A DNA stretch of 32,000 nucleotides from the NCBI GenBank assembly GCA_027460535.1, contig JAPZAR010000012.1, positions 30,001 through 62,000 on the forward strand. Reading direction: 5' to 3'. Position numbers and translations under genes: made by a program. Below are positions 1 to 7,537 of this stretch, piece by piece. The notes beneath the pieces are model-generated. The model searched no databases, was not told the DNA's origin, and saw nothing but the letters and a program-made list of their open reading frames with translations. The first letter of the stretch is position 1. The number at the start of each line of letters is the position of its first letter. The DNA is from Candidatus Methanoperedens sp. (GTDB lineage Archaea; Halobacteriota; Methanosarcinia; Methanosarcinales; Methanoperedenaceae).

Positions 1-211
1 CCTTTGTCCCGAAAGCATTCAGGATATCCTGCTCAGCAGGTCTATCCCCTGTTTTTGCGTCTGAGAATACATCCTCCACTGCAAGTATGTCCTCAATTTT
101 TACCTGGTCCCCCTTTTTTAAGGCAAGCGATCCGTCCGGGTCAACAAAAACTTCAAATGTCTTGCCGTGCGTCTTGAGCCGCGCTATTATGGACTCATCA
201 AGGGCAACCAT
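1..211 (-). CDS. SBDS-family ribosome maturation protein, N-terminal 70 aa (CDS runs off the left edge)
   Basis: Own translation of the minus strand from the ATG at 211..209 gives MVALDESIIARLKTHGKTFEVFVDPDGSLALKKGDQVKIEDILAVEDVFSDAKTGDRPAEQDILNAFGTK, a typical archaeal SBDS N-terminal domain. It lies directly downstream of psmA, as in the conserved archaeal exosome/proteasome superoperon. It is absent from the ORF track because it is truncated. Confidence 0.85.
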   Translation of the reverse strand, partial: MVALDESIIARLKTHGKTFEVFVDPDGSLALKKGDQVKIEDILAVEDVFSDAKTGDRPAEQDILNAFGTK

Positions 212-217
212 ATTAAC

Positions 218-991
218 TCACTCTTCTGTTTTCTTTTTCTTTTCTTTTCCTTTCTCCTCTGAAGCGTGCGTCTTTATAACCTGGTTAACATATTTTTCTA
301 CTTCGGATGGTAGAAGTTTCCTGAACTTCCTGGTCGAGAGTTCGATCACACCGATCTCGATAGTCGCAGCGTTAAAAACTCCTTCCGTGGTGCTGTGGAG
401 TGCATCAAGTCCGAGAATTATAGCATTCTCAAGGTTAATGTCATCTGTATATTTCTTTTCAAAGATCTCCATTGTCTCTGCTCTTCCCGAGCCTATGCCT
501 GTGGCCTTGTATTCAAGCAAAGCGCCGCTTGGGTCTGTCTCAAAAAGGCGCGCCCTGTTGTCGTCAACGCCTGCGATAAGGAGCGCAGTCCCGAAGGGTC
601 TGACGCCGCCATACTGGGTATATGATTGCTTGAAGTCGCAGATTTTTTTGGCCAGCACCTCAACGCCTATAGGCTCATCGTAAGTGACCTTATTGATCTG
701 TGCCTCCACGCGCGCGCGGTCAATAAGCATCCTTGCATCTGCCACCAACCCCGAGGTGGCTGCTCCAATATGATCATCTATCTGGAATATCTTCTCAATT
801 GAGGCGGCTTCAAGGAGTTTACTTGTAACCCTCTTATCCACCAATAGAGCTACTCCATCCACTGCTTTTACTCCTACAGCAGTTGTCCCCCGTTTAACTG
901 CCTCACGTGCATATTCTACCTGAAACAACCTTCCATCAGGGCTGAATACTGTTATTGCCCTGTCGTATCCCATCTGTGGTGCCATTTGCAT
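218..991 (-). CDS. psmA: Proteasome subunit alpha
   Basis: 257-aa ORF. The N-terminus [36 protein letters not shown] is the canonical 20S alpha-subunit signature. It has a Lys/Glu-rich C-terminal tail, and GGAG lies a few nt upstream of the ATG. Confidence 0.97.
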   Translation of the reverse strand: MQMAPQMGYDRAITVFSPDGRLFQVEYAREAVKRGTTAVGVKAVDGVALLVDKRVTSKLLEAASIEKIFQIDDHIGAATSGLVADARMLIDRARVEAQINKVTYDEPIGVEVLAKKICDFKQSYTQYGGVRPFGTALLIAGVDDNRARLFETDPSGALLEYKATGIGSGRAETMEIFEKKYTDDINLENAIILGLDALHSTTEGVFNAATIEIGVIELSTRKFRKLLPSEVEKYVNQVIKTHASEEKGKEKKKKTEE

Positions 992-1102
992 TATATCATC
1001 TCCAAGATTTCAAAAACGTAATTCCTGTTGGGTTCGAAATATTTTGTTTCACATCAAGAGGATTTTCCGGGAATATATCCATTTCGTTTCAATGCGAAAC
1101 AA

Positions 1103-1498
1103 TTATTTTCCGGCTACAGGAATTGAGTGTTCTTGTCTGTCTTTATCTGGTTCTAACTCTTTAATGAGACGCTGTTGTATAAACTTTTCCATGGCTCCTT
1201 TAATGGTGCCTGATATTCCCAGCACCAGGATTGAAATGCGAAATCCCCGGACTTTATTTATGCAGGCAAGAGCTGCCCTTGTTTTTTCGGTATTCTCCTT
1301 TGAGCAGCGAATGATTCCATATATTCCACCGAATGACATGAGCCCGAAATTGATCTCACTGCATCCCGCATCACCGAACAATGAGCGCATCGAGTTTGAA
1401 ATTTCTCCCACCAGTTCCTGCCTTGTTATTTCTTGTTCGGATGCGACCTCAAAGGCCAGATACCGTTTCTTGTCCCGAAGGACAGGCAGTGTCTTCAT
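1103..1498 (-). CDS. rnp2: RNase P protein component 2 (Pop5 homologue)
   Basis: 131-aa ORF beginning LRDKKRYLAFEV...ELVGEI...FGDAG, which is Pop5/Rnp2-like. Its ATG overlaps the stop of the upstream Rpp30 gene by 4 nt. Its position next to psmA matches the archaeal superoperon. Confidence 0.85.
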   Translation of the reverse strand: MKTLPVLRDKKRYLAFEVASEQEITRQELVGEISNSMRSLFGDAGCSEINFGLMSFGGIYGIIRCSKENTEKTRAALACINKVRGFRISILVLGISGTIKGAMEKFIQQRLIKELEPDKDRQEHSIPVAGK

Positions 1499-2163
1499 AT
1501 CAGTTCAACACCAGCCTGTATATAATCCAGGCTTTTTCTTTTCAGGATTTCAAGAGGCGTTGCACTCATGGCATTGACCGCTTCATCTGGTGTCATCCCG
1601 AAAATACCTGCCAGAGCGCTCATTTCTCTTGGCGACCGGAGGTCATAATGAGAATATGCATCGCTTGCAAGGATCATTTTCATGTCATATTTTCGGGCAT
1701 GCTTCAGGTTGTTTCTCATTATTGTAAATTCCCTGGTGCGTGTCTCTCCCCGTGTTCTGATAATTGAACCGATATTGAAACCGAGAGCAATAGAGTTATC
1801 GGCGGCTGTTTTTGCAAGGACATTGTTGAATCTGGCAGGCTGAAGAAGTATATCGAGCTCATCAGTCTCCACAGCAGCCCGGTTGAACTCTTCGTCTCCG
1901 TTTCTGGCGATCAGTATCCTGCCTTCTTTACATTTTCTTATTTCATCCCTCAGTTTTGAAGGTTTGCATGAGATCTCCGCAGCAGAATAAATTGAAAAAT
2001 CATCTTGTTCAGGGACTGTTTCAAGGTTCACCGTGGAATTGGTAATGGCAATTCCAGAATATCCAAGCCTCCTGGCTTCAAAAGCAAGTCCTGTAATCGA
2101 GTCTCTGCTGTCGGGAACAGGATGAAGATTAAAATCATAGAATCTGGCATCGAAAAGGGACAT
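1495..2163 (-). CDS. rnp3: RNase P protein component 3 (Rpp30 homologue)
   Basis: 222-aa ORF. The N-terminus FYDFNLHP...GLAFEARRLGYSGIAITN and the TIM/PHP-like layout are typical of archaeal Rpp30. It is coupled to rnp2 by a 4-nt overlap. Confidence 0.85.
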   Translation of the reverse strand: MSLFDARFYDFNLHPVPDSRDSITGLAFEARRLGYSGIAITNSTVNLETVPEQDDFSIYSAAEISCKPSKLRDEIRKCKEGRILIARNGDEEFNRAAVETDELDILLQPARFNNVLAKTAADNSIALGFNIGSIIRTRGETRTREFTIMRNNLKHARKYDMKMILASDAYSHYDLRSPREMSALAGIFGMTPDEAVNAMSATPLEILKRKSLDYIQAGVELI

Positions 2164-2565
2164 TGGCTGGTTTAATAATTCTTTCCTGTAATATACTTAT
2201 GCAAAGAAATTTTATAAAACTGATAATTATTTTTAATGAGTAACGGGCTCCCGATTGGAATCGGGAGAATCAGCGCGTGTGCATCCACACACACCAACAC
2301 AACATCACTGATTTCCGATAAGCGATTAATGCCTTGCGATATCTCAACTATGAGATTATGCTCAATATTTAAATGTTTTTTGATTAGTCTGTCTATTCCC
2401 TAAAAAAATTCTTTTCTATCTCTATCAAAGCATTTTCGAATTTAGGACTATGCAGGGGTTAGCAGATATTAGATTTGAGCAATTTGAAGGGAATAAAACT
2501 CTGGAATATGGACTCAAATGCTTTCGGATTTCAATTCTAAATATGTCACTGGTATGAGTACAAGA

Positions 2566-2916
2566 TTAAGCGCTATCTTCTTGCGCCGCCTCAGCGGCTG
2601 CATGAGGTTTTACGGATGTGGGTACAATATTACCCTGGGTTTCGCTCAGCATTTCTTCTATCATTTCATCTGTACTTAACAGGAATCGTACTCTCTCCAG
2701 GTCTATCTCCCCCAGGCTCTTCCATAAAGTAGCCTTACGGCACTGAATACAGAACTTGGTGGCACTCTCCAGGTCTATCTTCCCAAAGCTCTTCCATGAA
2801 GGCCAGTCATGGACAAGTTTTTCCTCGGGGAAAAACTTCATGAAGCTAGGTACTGCTCCCAAAGTCTTCTCGATATCTTTAAGCGTATCTTCATACGCTA
2901 ACATTTCTTTTGTCAT
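2566..2916 (-). CDS. Hypothetical protein with an AhpD/carboxymuconolactone-decarboxylase-like N-terminus and an internal 24-aa duplication
   Basis: 116-aa ORF. The N-terminal YEDTLKDIEKTLGAVPSFMKFFPEEKLVHDWPSWK resembles the start of small archaeal CMD/AhpD-like proteins, but the usual CxxC-containing core is replaced by a duplicated WKS(F/L)G(K/E)IDLE segment. The function is unclear. Confidence 0.5.
   Translation of the reverse strand: MTKEMLAYEDTLKDIEKTLGAVPSFMKFFPEEKLVHDWPSWKSFGKIDLESATKFCIQCRKATLWKSLGEIDLERVRFLLSTDEMIEEMLSETQGNIVPTSVKPHAAAEAAQEDSA
2693..2801. repeat. Intragenic tandem duplication with a 72-nt period
   Basis: ctctccaggtctatctcccccaggctcttccataaag (2693-2729) and ctctccaggtctatcttcccaaagctcttccatgaag (2765-2801) are 37-nt copies differing at 5 positions. 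They are in frame and encode the repeated WKSxGxIDLE peptide on the minus strand. Confidence 0.7.
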
Positions 2917-3173
2917 CTAATCACCCCTTTTATTTAAATTCATGATAGAGATTATGTATATATATGGTGATAATTATCAGGTTAAATAGTTTTCGATAAC
3001 AAAGCTGATAATATATATGATAACATTTTTGTGATTTTTGGAAGTCTGACATCCATATCATGCATCATATTGAAAGATCACGATCATATTGAAATGAAAA
3101 ACGAATATGCTATTAATTTAATTCCTGGAAGCAGAATAAATCTTATCAGGAATCTGGGCTTCGTGGTTCAAAT

Positions 3174-3440
3174 TCAGCCGATATGAGATTCTATCCGTCC
3201 AATATGATACCCACGGACGTCGACAGAAGCAACATCCGACGCTCCAGATGCAACAAATACCGAAATAATTCGATCGGGACCGCCAGATGTCATGCCGGGG
3301 AAGAACAGAATTCCAGGATACGAATTTGTTATGGCATTAACAGCTTTTTCAACAATATATATTTTTAAGGCGATGTTTATTAAAAAAATCGAAAAGTTAG
3401 TGATAATAATTCCCAACTTTTTATCAGATCTTATGCACAT
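3174..3440 (-). CDS. Possible small membrane protein (hypothetical)
   Basis: 88-aa ORF with one N-terminal hydrophobic helix (KKLGIIITNFSIFLINIALKIYIV). The C-terminal half sits on a GC-richer patch inside an otherwise AT-rich spacer. I recognise no family, so the call is weak. Confidence 0.25.
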   Translation of the reverse strand: MCIRSDKKLGIIITNFSIFLINIALKIYIVEKAVNAITNSYPGILFFPGMTSGGPDRIISVFVASGASDVASVDVRGYHIGRIESHIG

Positions 3441-3500
3441 AACTATAAATAGAAATATTTTATTAAGTTAAGTCTAACTTGTCTTTTTATAGACAAATTT

Positions 3501-4703
3501 ATGGTGGTTAATATGGAAAGCAATCAGTTTGATATAAAAAGTCTCCGAGGCTACGGAATACATGGCGCACTTGGGCTGTTGATGGGAATTGGGGTGGGTT
3601 ATATAATCTTTTACACAATACCATCCTTAACGGCGGCTTATCTCTTTATGGTACTGGGAGTTGTATTTGCAATTTTGGTAATTTATGGCCTCTATGGCCT
3701 CTATGTAGGGTTCATTTTCGGGGGACAAAAAAAATCATCGAGGATATCAATGACATGTGCCGTAGCGGGGGCTTTTGGAGCACTTGTCACTGGCGTTCTT
3801 TTAGCAGGGGAGTTTATTAAAATGAGCGGTCTTCTTGATCCGTTATTTATTACACTGGTTTTTGCAGGTCCCATCTTAGGTTTTCCAAAGATCAAGAACA
3901 TGGTTTTAATGACAATTTCAAGTTCTTTAGGCGCAGCATTGGGTTATGGAATATATGTTTTAGGTCAAAACATAACCGTTTATCTTAATTCGGTTTGGAC
4001 GCAAGGTGCTTTACTAGCGTTTTTCATAGCGATTCTTTTTCCATTGCTTGCAATAGGGATAGCCGGTGCTTCAATAGCTATCGGAATGTATTTTATGGAG
4101 AGAACATCCTATACTCCAAGGGAAATTCCACGGTTCTTAAAGATAGCCAGGGGTGCAGGAATAGTCCTGACGTTCATTATACTGTTTATTTCCGCATTAA
4201 TGTTTATAAGTGCGGTAAAATATGCAACTACCGATGTTTCGATTGATGTTTCTTCAGGCGATGGAAGGATAACAGTGTTTGTTCCGGTTCTGCTTGAGAG
4301 TGGGAGTGTAATGGAAATGTACGGAAATCCAGAGATTTCGGGTAATGCAACAACAGAAGTAATTGATACAAACCATGGTAAAGCTTTCAAAATAAGCGGG
4401 TCAGGTTCAACCAGAATAAATATGAACCAGACTGGAGGATCGCTGGCAACAAATCCGGAGGCTAATGAAAAGTTTGTAAACGGGTTCACACTAAGCACGA
4501 GCAATGCTACAGGGTACGGAGGAATCAGCGTTCCCGTGGATGCCTGGGTATATTCGGAGGAAGATGGCACGATGTTCAGCCTTTCCATTAATCGGGATAA
4601 CGGCTGGGGAAGAGATGTGCGTATAAGCACGGAGCGGGAGGAGAAGCTGACCCGGGGATGGCAGGTTATCAGGCTTTCTGTTGGGAGTATGTGGTATGAC
4701 TGA
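3501..4703 (+). CDS. Polytopic membrane protein with a C-terminal extracytoplasmic domain (hypothetical)
   Basis: 400-aa ORF. The first ~240 aa form about 7-8 hydrophobic helices. The last ~160 aa are a Ser/Thr/Gly-rich soluble domain carrying three N-x-S/T sequons (NAT x2, NQT); a fourth (NIT) lies in the N-terminal membrane part. A TATA-like ctttttataga lies ~15 nt upstream, so the second ATG at 3513 (MESNQ...) may be a leaderless start. Confidence 0.75.
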   Translation: MVVNMESNQFDIKSLRGYGIHGALGLLMGIGVGYIIFYTIPSLTAAYLFMVLGVVFAILVIYGLYGLYVGFIFGGQKKSSRISMTCAVAGAFGALVTGVLLAGEFIKMSGLLDPLFITLVFAGPILGFPKIKNMVLMTISSSLGAALGYGIYVLGQNITVYLNSVWTQGALLAFFIAILFPLLAIGIAGASIAIGMYFMERTSYTPREIPRFLKIARGAGIVLTFIILFISALMFISAVKYATTDVSIDVSSGDGRITVFVPVLLESGSVMEMYGNPEISGNATTEVIDTNHGKAFKISGSGSTRINMNQTGGSLATNPEANEKFVNGFTLSTSNATGYGGISVPVDAWVYSEEDGTMFSLSINRDNGWGRDVRISTEREEKLTRGWQVIRLSVGSMWYD

Positions 4704-4723
4704 GCATAATAAAGTCTTCTTCA

Positions 4724-4741
4724 AAAGGCCTTTAATTTTTT
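4724..4741. terminator. Possible bidirectional terminator between convergent genes
   Basis: The palindrome AAAGGCCTTT (4724-4733) is followed by an AATTTTTT T-tract. It lies in the 28-nt gap between, and partly overlaps the stop of, the convergent genes 3501..4703 and 4732..5334. Confidence 0.3.
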
Positions 4742-5334
4742 GCTGACCAAACCCCATAGCTCAATCGTAGAAGCCCCAGACTATTGATAATTAAAGCAAT
4801 GCTATAAATGCCCTCAGGAGTTTCAGGTCTTATAAAAAACAGAACAAGCGGCAAAGTGCCTATAATTATTGCTATCCCACTAAATTTTTCTTTTATTCTC
4901 CAAGCTGCTATACCAAAGAGGAGAAAACCGACTATTGATATAATCACAGTAATCGCAAAAAAGATACCGGCTAATCCGCCGAAAAATGGTCCGTTTGGAT
5001 CCAATAGGTTTGGAGCTTGTGAAATAAGCACAGGTTCGGCCATCGCGGCAAAACCATTAATCCAGCTAAGGCCACCAATACCCATAAAGCTCAGCGCAAA
5101 TCCCAACGTCCCAAGCTTACCGAAAGCTTCTACGTTTTTAAAATAAATAGCAACAAGGCCAACAAGCAAAAACAATAAACTCACAAAGCCAAGAATATGC
5201 GCCCAAAGCCAAGCCTGGCTTACAATCGTTTCTGGTGTTTCGTAAAAAGGATGGATAATTAAGCTAATGATGTACACTGCCGCTCCAATCACCCCAACCA
5301 AACCGCCATATCTTAAGGCCTGAATTTGTTTCAT
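4732..5334 (-). CDS. Integral membrane protein, about 6 TM helices (hypothetical)
   Basis: 200-aa ORF that is almost entirely hydrophobic helices. I recognise no family. It is preceded on its own strand by cis-element copy A. Confidence 0.75.
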   Translation of the reverse strand: MKQIQALRYGGLVGVIGAAVYIISLIIHPFYETPETIVSQAWLWAHILGFVSLLFLLVGLVAIYFKNVEAFGKLGTLGFALSFMGIGGLSWINGFAAMAEPVLISQAPNLLDPNGPFFGGLAGIFFAITVIISIVGFLLFGIAAWRIKEKFSGIAIIIGTLPLVLFFIRPETPEGIYSIALIINSLGLLRLSYGVWSAKN

Positions 5335-5400
5335 GTTATTATCAGCTCTAATATTTTCAGTGTTAAGATAATTTATAAATCTTTCTATAAGGTCTTCCGA

Positions 5401-5478
5401 TTGCGTATAACTCGCTGATATCCGAGTTCGGATATCCTTTCATTTTAGCATCATATCCGAACTTATGTTCGTCTATAC
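5401..5478 (-). promoter_or_regulatory. Structured cis-element copy A (three ATATCCGAAC-type half-sites)
   Basis: Ordered blocks are TTGCGTAT (5401-5408), ATATCCGA (5418-5425), ATATCCT (5432-5438), ATATCCGAACTT (5453-5464) and TTCGT (5468-5472). There is a perfect 9-bp inverted repeat at 5417-5425/5428-5436 and a perfect 11-bp inverted repeat at 5425-5435/5453-5463. The element ends 66 nt upstream of the ATG at 5334. The same block order recurs at 24092-24170. The strand is assigned from the downstream gene only. Confidence 0.6.
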
Positions 5479-5555
5479 CAGAGATTGGTAACATGCTATA
5501 ATAGGAAACCCGGACTATCATTAGGTTTATCGAAATTAAAAGTCATATCTTCCCT

Positions 5556-5978
5556 TTAAATTTTCATTTTTGAATAAATTAAATCAAAATCTCGTTTATC
5601 AATTTTAAATAATCCAAACTTGAACATATAACCCCATGATTTCTTATTTTTAATGAAACTTAAATTCTCAATTAAAGGTTCAATTTTAACTTCATTGCAA
5701 TCCTCGTATTGAGCATTTATCCGATATGGTTTAAAATCATCACTTAATTCTACTTGATAAATTTTATCATCAATGATTGAGGCTATAGCGGTAAATGATT
5801 TAAGGGGTTCTCCATTTTCTAGGGATGTTTTGGGTGAATAAAATATTATTCGATCACCTTTTTTTAAGCGTTTTAAAGGTGCTGGTTTTCCATGACCGGA
5901 TTGCACAAACCCATTTTGTTTGCCCAGCATCACATGTTCTTTTGAGACCGTATTTATCCAGAATTTCTGATTTTCCAT
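5556..5978 (-). CDS. EVE (PUA-like, DUF55) domain protein
   Basis: 140-aa ORF. FWINTVSKEHV...GFVQSGHGK...LKRLKKGDRIIFYSP... has the layout of stand-alone EVE-domain proteins. The gene is very AT-rich (25% GC in the 60-nt line 5581-5640). Confidence 0.8.
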   Translation of the reverse strand: MENQKFWINTVSKEHVMLGKQNGFVQSGHGKPAPLKRLKKGDRIIFYSPKTSLENGEPLKSFTAIASIIDDKIYQVELSDDFKPYRINAQYEDCNEVKIEPLIENLSFIKNKKSWGYMFKFGLFKIDKRDFDLIYSKMKI

Positions 5979-5982
5979 AGGA

Positions 5983-6402
5983 CTAATCCCCTTTTTCAGC
6001 TAATTCAATTAACTTTTCGACAGACTTAGGGAGACCAGCTTCAACCTTCTTCCCAATTTTTTTTGAAAATAGAAATGTTAATGCTCCTGTAATTTGAACC
6101 TTGTGAGTGATTTCAAGCCCACCGTTAGTTTCCTTTAACATGTGAATAAAATCCATTTTGCATAAGGGTAAAAACGATCTGTCACTAAATCCTGCCAAAT
6201 AGTCGCAAGACGTTATCACAAATTTAGTTTCAGGACCTGCAATAGGTTTTAAAACACCTTTTGTTCCTGTTTTAAAATCTCCGAATAATTCAGAATATTC
6301 AAGTTCCTCATCCCAAGTTTTCCAGTGAGTAACATCAGACCAAAGCTTCCAGATTTGTTCTTTTTTTGCGGTTGTTTTGCGGCTTACTTTTCTTTCCCAC
6401 AT
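5983..6402 (-). CDS. SRPBCC (START/Bet v1-like, polyketide cyclase/dehydrase-type) family protein
   Basis: 139-aa ORF. The pattern V...A..EQIWKLWSDVTHWKTWDEELE... and the size are typical of SRPBCC ligand-binding proteins. It lies 4 nt upstream of the EVE gene on the same strand and has the same low GC. Confidence 0.7.
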   Translation of the reverse strand: MWERKVSRKTTAKKEQIWKLWSDVTHWKTWDEELEYSELFGDFKTGTKGVLKPIAGPETKFVITSCDYLAGFSDRSFLPLCKMDFIHMLKETNGGLEITHKVQITGALTFLFSKKIGKKVEAGLPKSVEKLIELAEKGD

Positions 6403-6542
6403 GATATTTCCCTCTCAATAAGTCTATTTTAACTTCTGTAATATATAGTCTTATGCGCCCAATTCGTATTTGTCTCGTATCATGAAATTATTTTCCGGGT
6501 TCTGCAGCCTTGATTGTTTTTGTACTGTAAGCAATATTGCAA

Positions 6543-7370
6543 TTATGCAGAGTATTTATCCAGCGTCCACTGCTCCAGATTCTTAAGGATCCTCTTGCCC
6601 GCGCGTACATCAGGCATTGAAAATACCTCAAGGTTATAAACGCCGTCGAAATGCAGTTCTCTTAACAGTGAAAAATCGATGTTCCCGTTCCCGGGCGCGC
6701 CATGCACATCACCGAAATACCTGTCAGCCGGCATGCCATCGTTGTCATGCACGTGGACGTGTACAACATTATCACCCATGTCTATGATGAAGCTGCGGAG
6801 TTTAACAGCGTCTCCGCGGCACGTGAGGTTAGCATGACCTATGTCAAAGGTAGCTTTCAGATTGGGTGAATTCACTTCCGTGATCGCGCGCATATGTTCC
6901 TCTGCCGTGCAACACAGGTTCGCGGGGTCCGTGCCGCTCAGGTTCTCAAGCCCAAGAACTATCCCGCTATTTTCCGCAAAATGGGCAAGCCTCCTGAGAT
7001 TTGTCACCATGCCTGTGAAACACGCATCCCTGTCCCCTGTTATTTTCCCGGGGTGAACTACCACCACGCTGCAACCTAATTCAACCGCAAGATCAATGCT
7101 TTCTTCCATGAGACCGAACTCTCTTCTCCCCATGTTCGCTGTGTCCACAATGAGATCTATTGGATAGCCGGGTGTGATCCCGCAGTAGGGGGCATGCAAT
7201 GTAGTAAGGGTATTGCCTGTGGAAAGGATATCACGCAGCTCACGCACACGATATTTCAACAGTTTATTCCCATTGTATATTTGAAGCTTGGGAACATAGA
7301 ACTCGATGCACTCCACCTCCTTTCGAAGCTCATCCAGAGGTGAAGCAAAAGAAGAAGCGCCTATGATCAT
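6543..7370 (-). CDS. Xylose-isomerase-like TIM-barrel protein (sugar phosphate isomerase/epimerase, AP-endonuclease-2 fold)
   Basis: 275-aa ORF carrying the family metal-ligand motifs in order: LHAPY, VVVHPG, LGLENLSG, FDIGHAN and HVHVHDNDG...D.H..PG.GNIDF. Confidence 0.9.
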   Translation of the reverse strand: MIIGASSFASPLDELRKEVECIEFYVPKLQIYNGNKLLKYRVRELRDILSTGNTLTTLHAPYCGITPGYPIDLIVDTANMGRREFGLMEESIDLAVELGCSVVVVHPGKITGDRDACFTGMVTNLRRLAHFAENSGIVLGLENLSGTDPANLCCTAEEHMRAITEVNSPNLKATFDIGHANLTCRGDAVKLRSFIIDMGDNVVHVHVHDNDGMPADRYFGDVHGAPGNGNIDFSLLRELHFDGVYNLEVFSMPDVRAGKRILKNLEQWTLDKYSA

Positions 7371-7507
7371 TCTTCCACCGGCATGTTTGAATGTTCAAAT
7401 GGAGGAGGCGGAGAGCCGTCAAGGCCATTTGCGGCTCCTGGGATGTTGCACTCTTTCATTTCTGTTGCTGCGTTGCACGCACCCGCATCCATCTGGATTA
7501 TCTTCAT
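7367..7507 (-). CDS. Unannotated 46-aa ORF translationally coupled to the TIM-barrel gene
   Basis: Own translation gives MKIIQMDAGACNAATEMKECNIPGAANGLDGSPPPPFEHSNMPVEE. Its TGA (7369..7367) overlaps the ATG (7370..7368) of the TIM-barrel gene as ATGA. The stretch is GC-rich, unlike true spacers in this window. An in-frame stop lies 3 nt upstream of its ATG. It is below the ORF-track length cut-off. Confidence 0.4.
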   Translation of the reverse strand: MKIIQMDAGACNAATEMKECNIPGAANGLDGSPPPPFEHSNMPVEE

Positions 7508-7537
7508 TTTTCAGTACCTGTCAGGGGGTGTAATTAA

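Noticed and set aside
87-683. A 198-aa plus-strand ORF. Similar long antisense ORFs occur at 18731..19522 (263 aa), 26326..27051 (241 aa), 13235..13828 (197 aa), 4109..4630 (173 aa) and 20552..21028 (158 aa).
   Set aside because: Each lies entirely antisense to a gene with unmistakable family motifs (psmA/SBDS, E1 subunits, the FMN dehydrogenase, the CrtI-like gene, the membrane protein, lipA). Each has Ser/Pro/Leu-rich, low-information translations typical of shadow ORFs.
2236-2403. A 55-aa plus-strand ORF and a perfect hairpin CTCCCGATT-GG-AATCGGGAG (2248-2267) in the rnp3 upstream spacer. I considered a small protein or a C/D-box sRNA.
   Set aside because: The peptide has no motif or coupling signal. 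The candidate C box (ATGAGTA) is imperfect and there are no internal D'/C' boxes. The hairpin alone is insufficient evidence for an RNA gene.
2969-3023. The palindrome GATAATTATC plus three GATAA(C/T) motifs phased every 12 nt, and the direct repeat ATCATATTGAAA x2 at 3064-3075 and 3083-3094, in the divergent promoter region.
   Set aside because: The region is extremely AT-rich, so short A/T-rich words recur by chance. There is no second locus with the same arrangement to support a defined operator.
7306-7533. A 75-aa plus-strand ORF spanning the spacer upstream of the TIM-barrel gene.
   Set aside because: It overlaps the 5' end of the TIM-barrel gene in antisense and has Ser/Leu/Cys-rich composition. 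The minus-strand 46-aa ORF with an ATGA junction is the more economical explanation of the GC-rich stretch.
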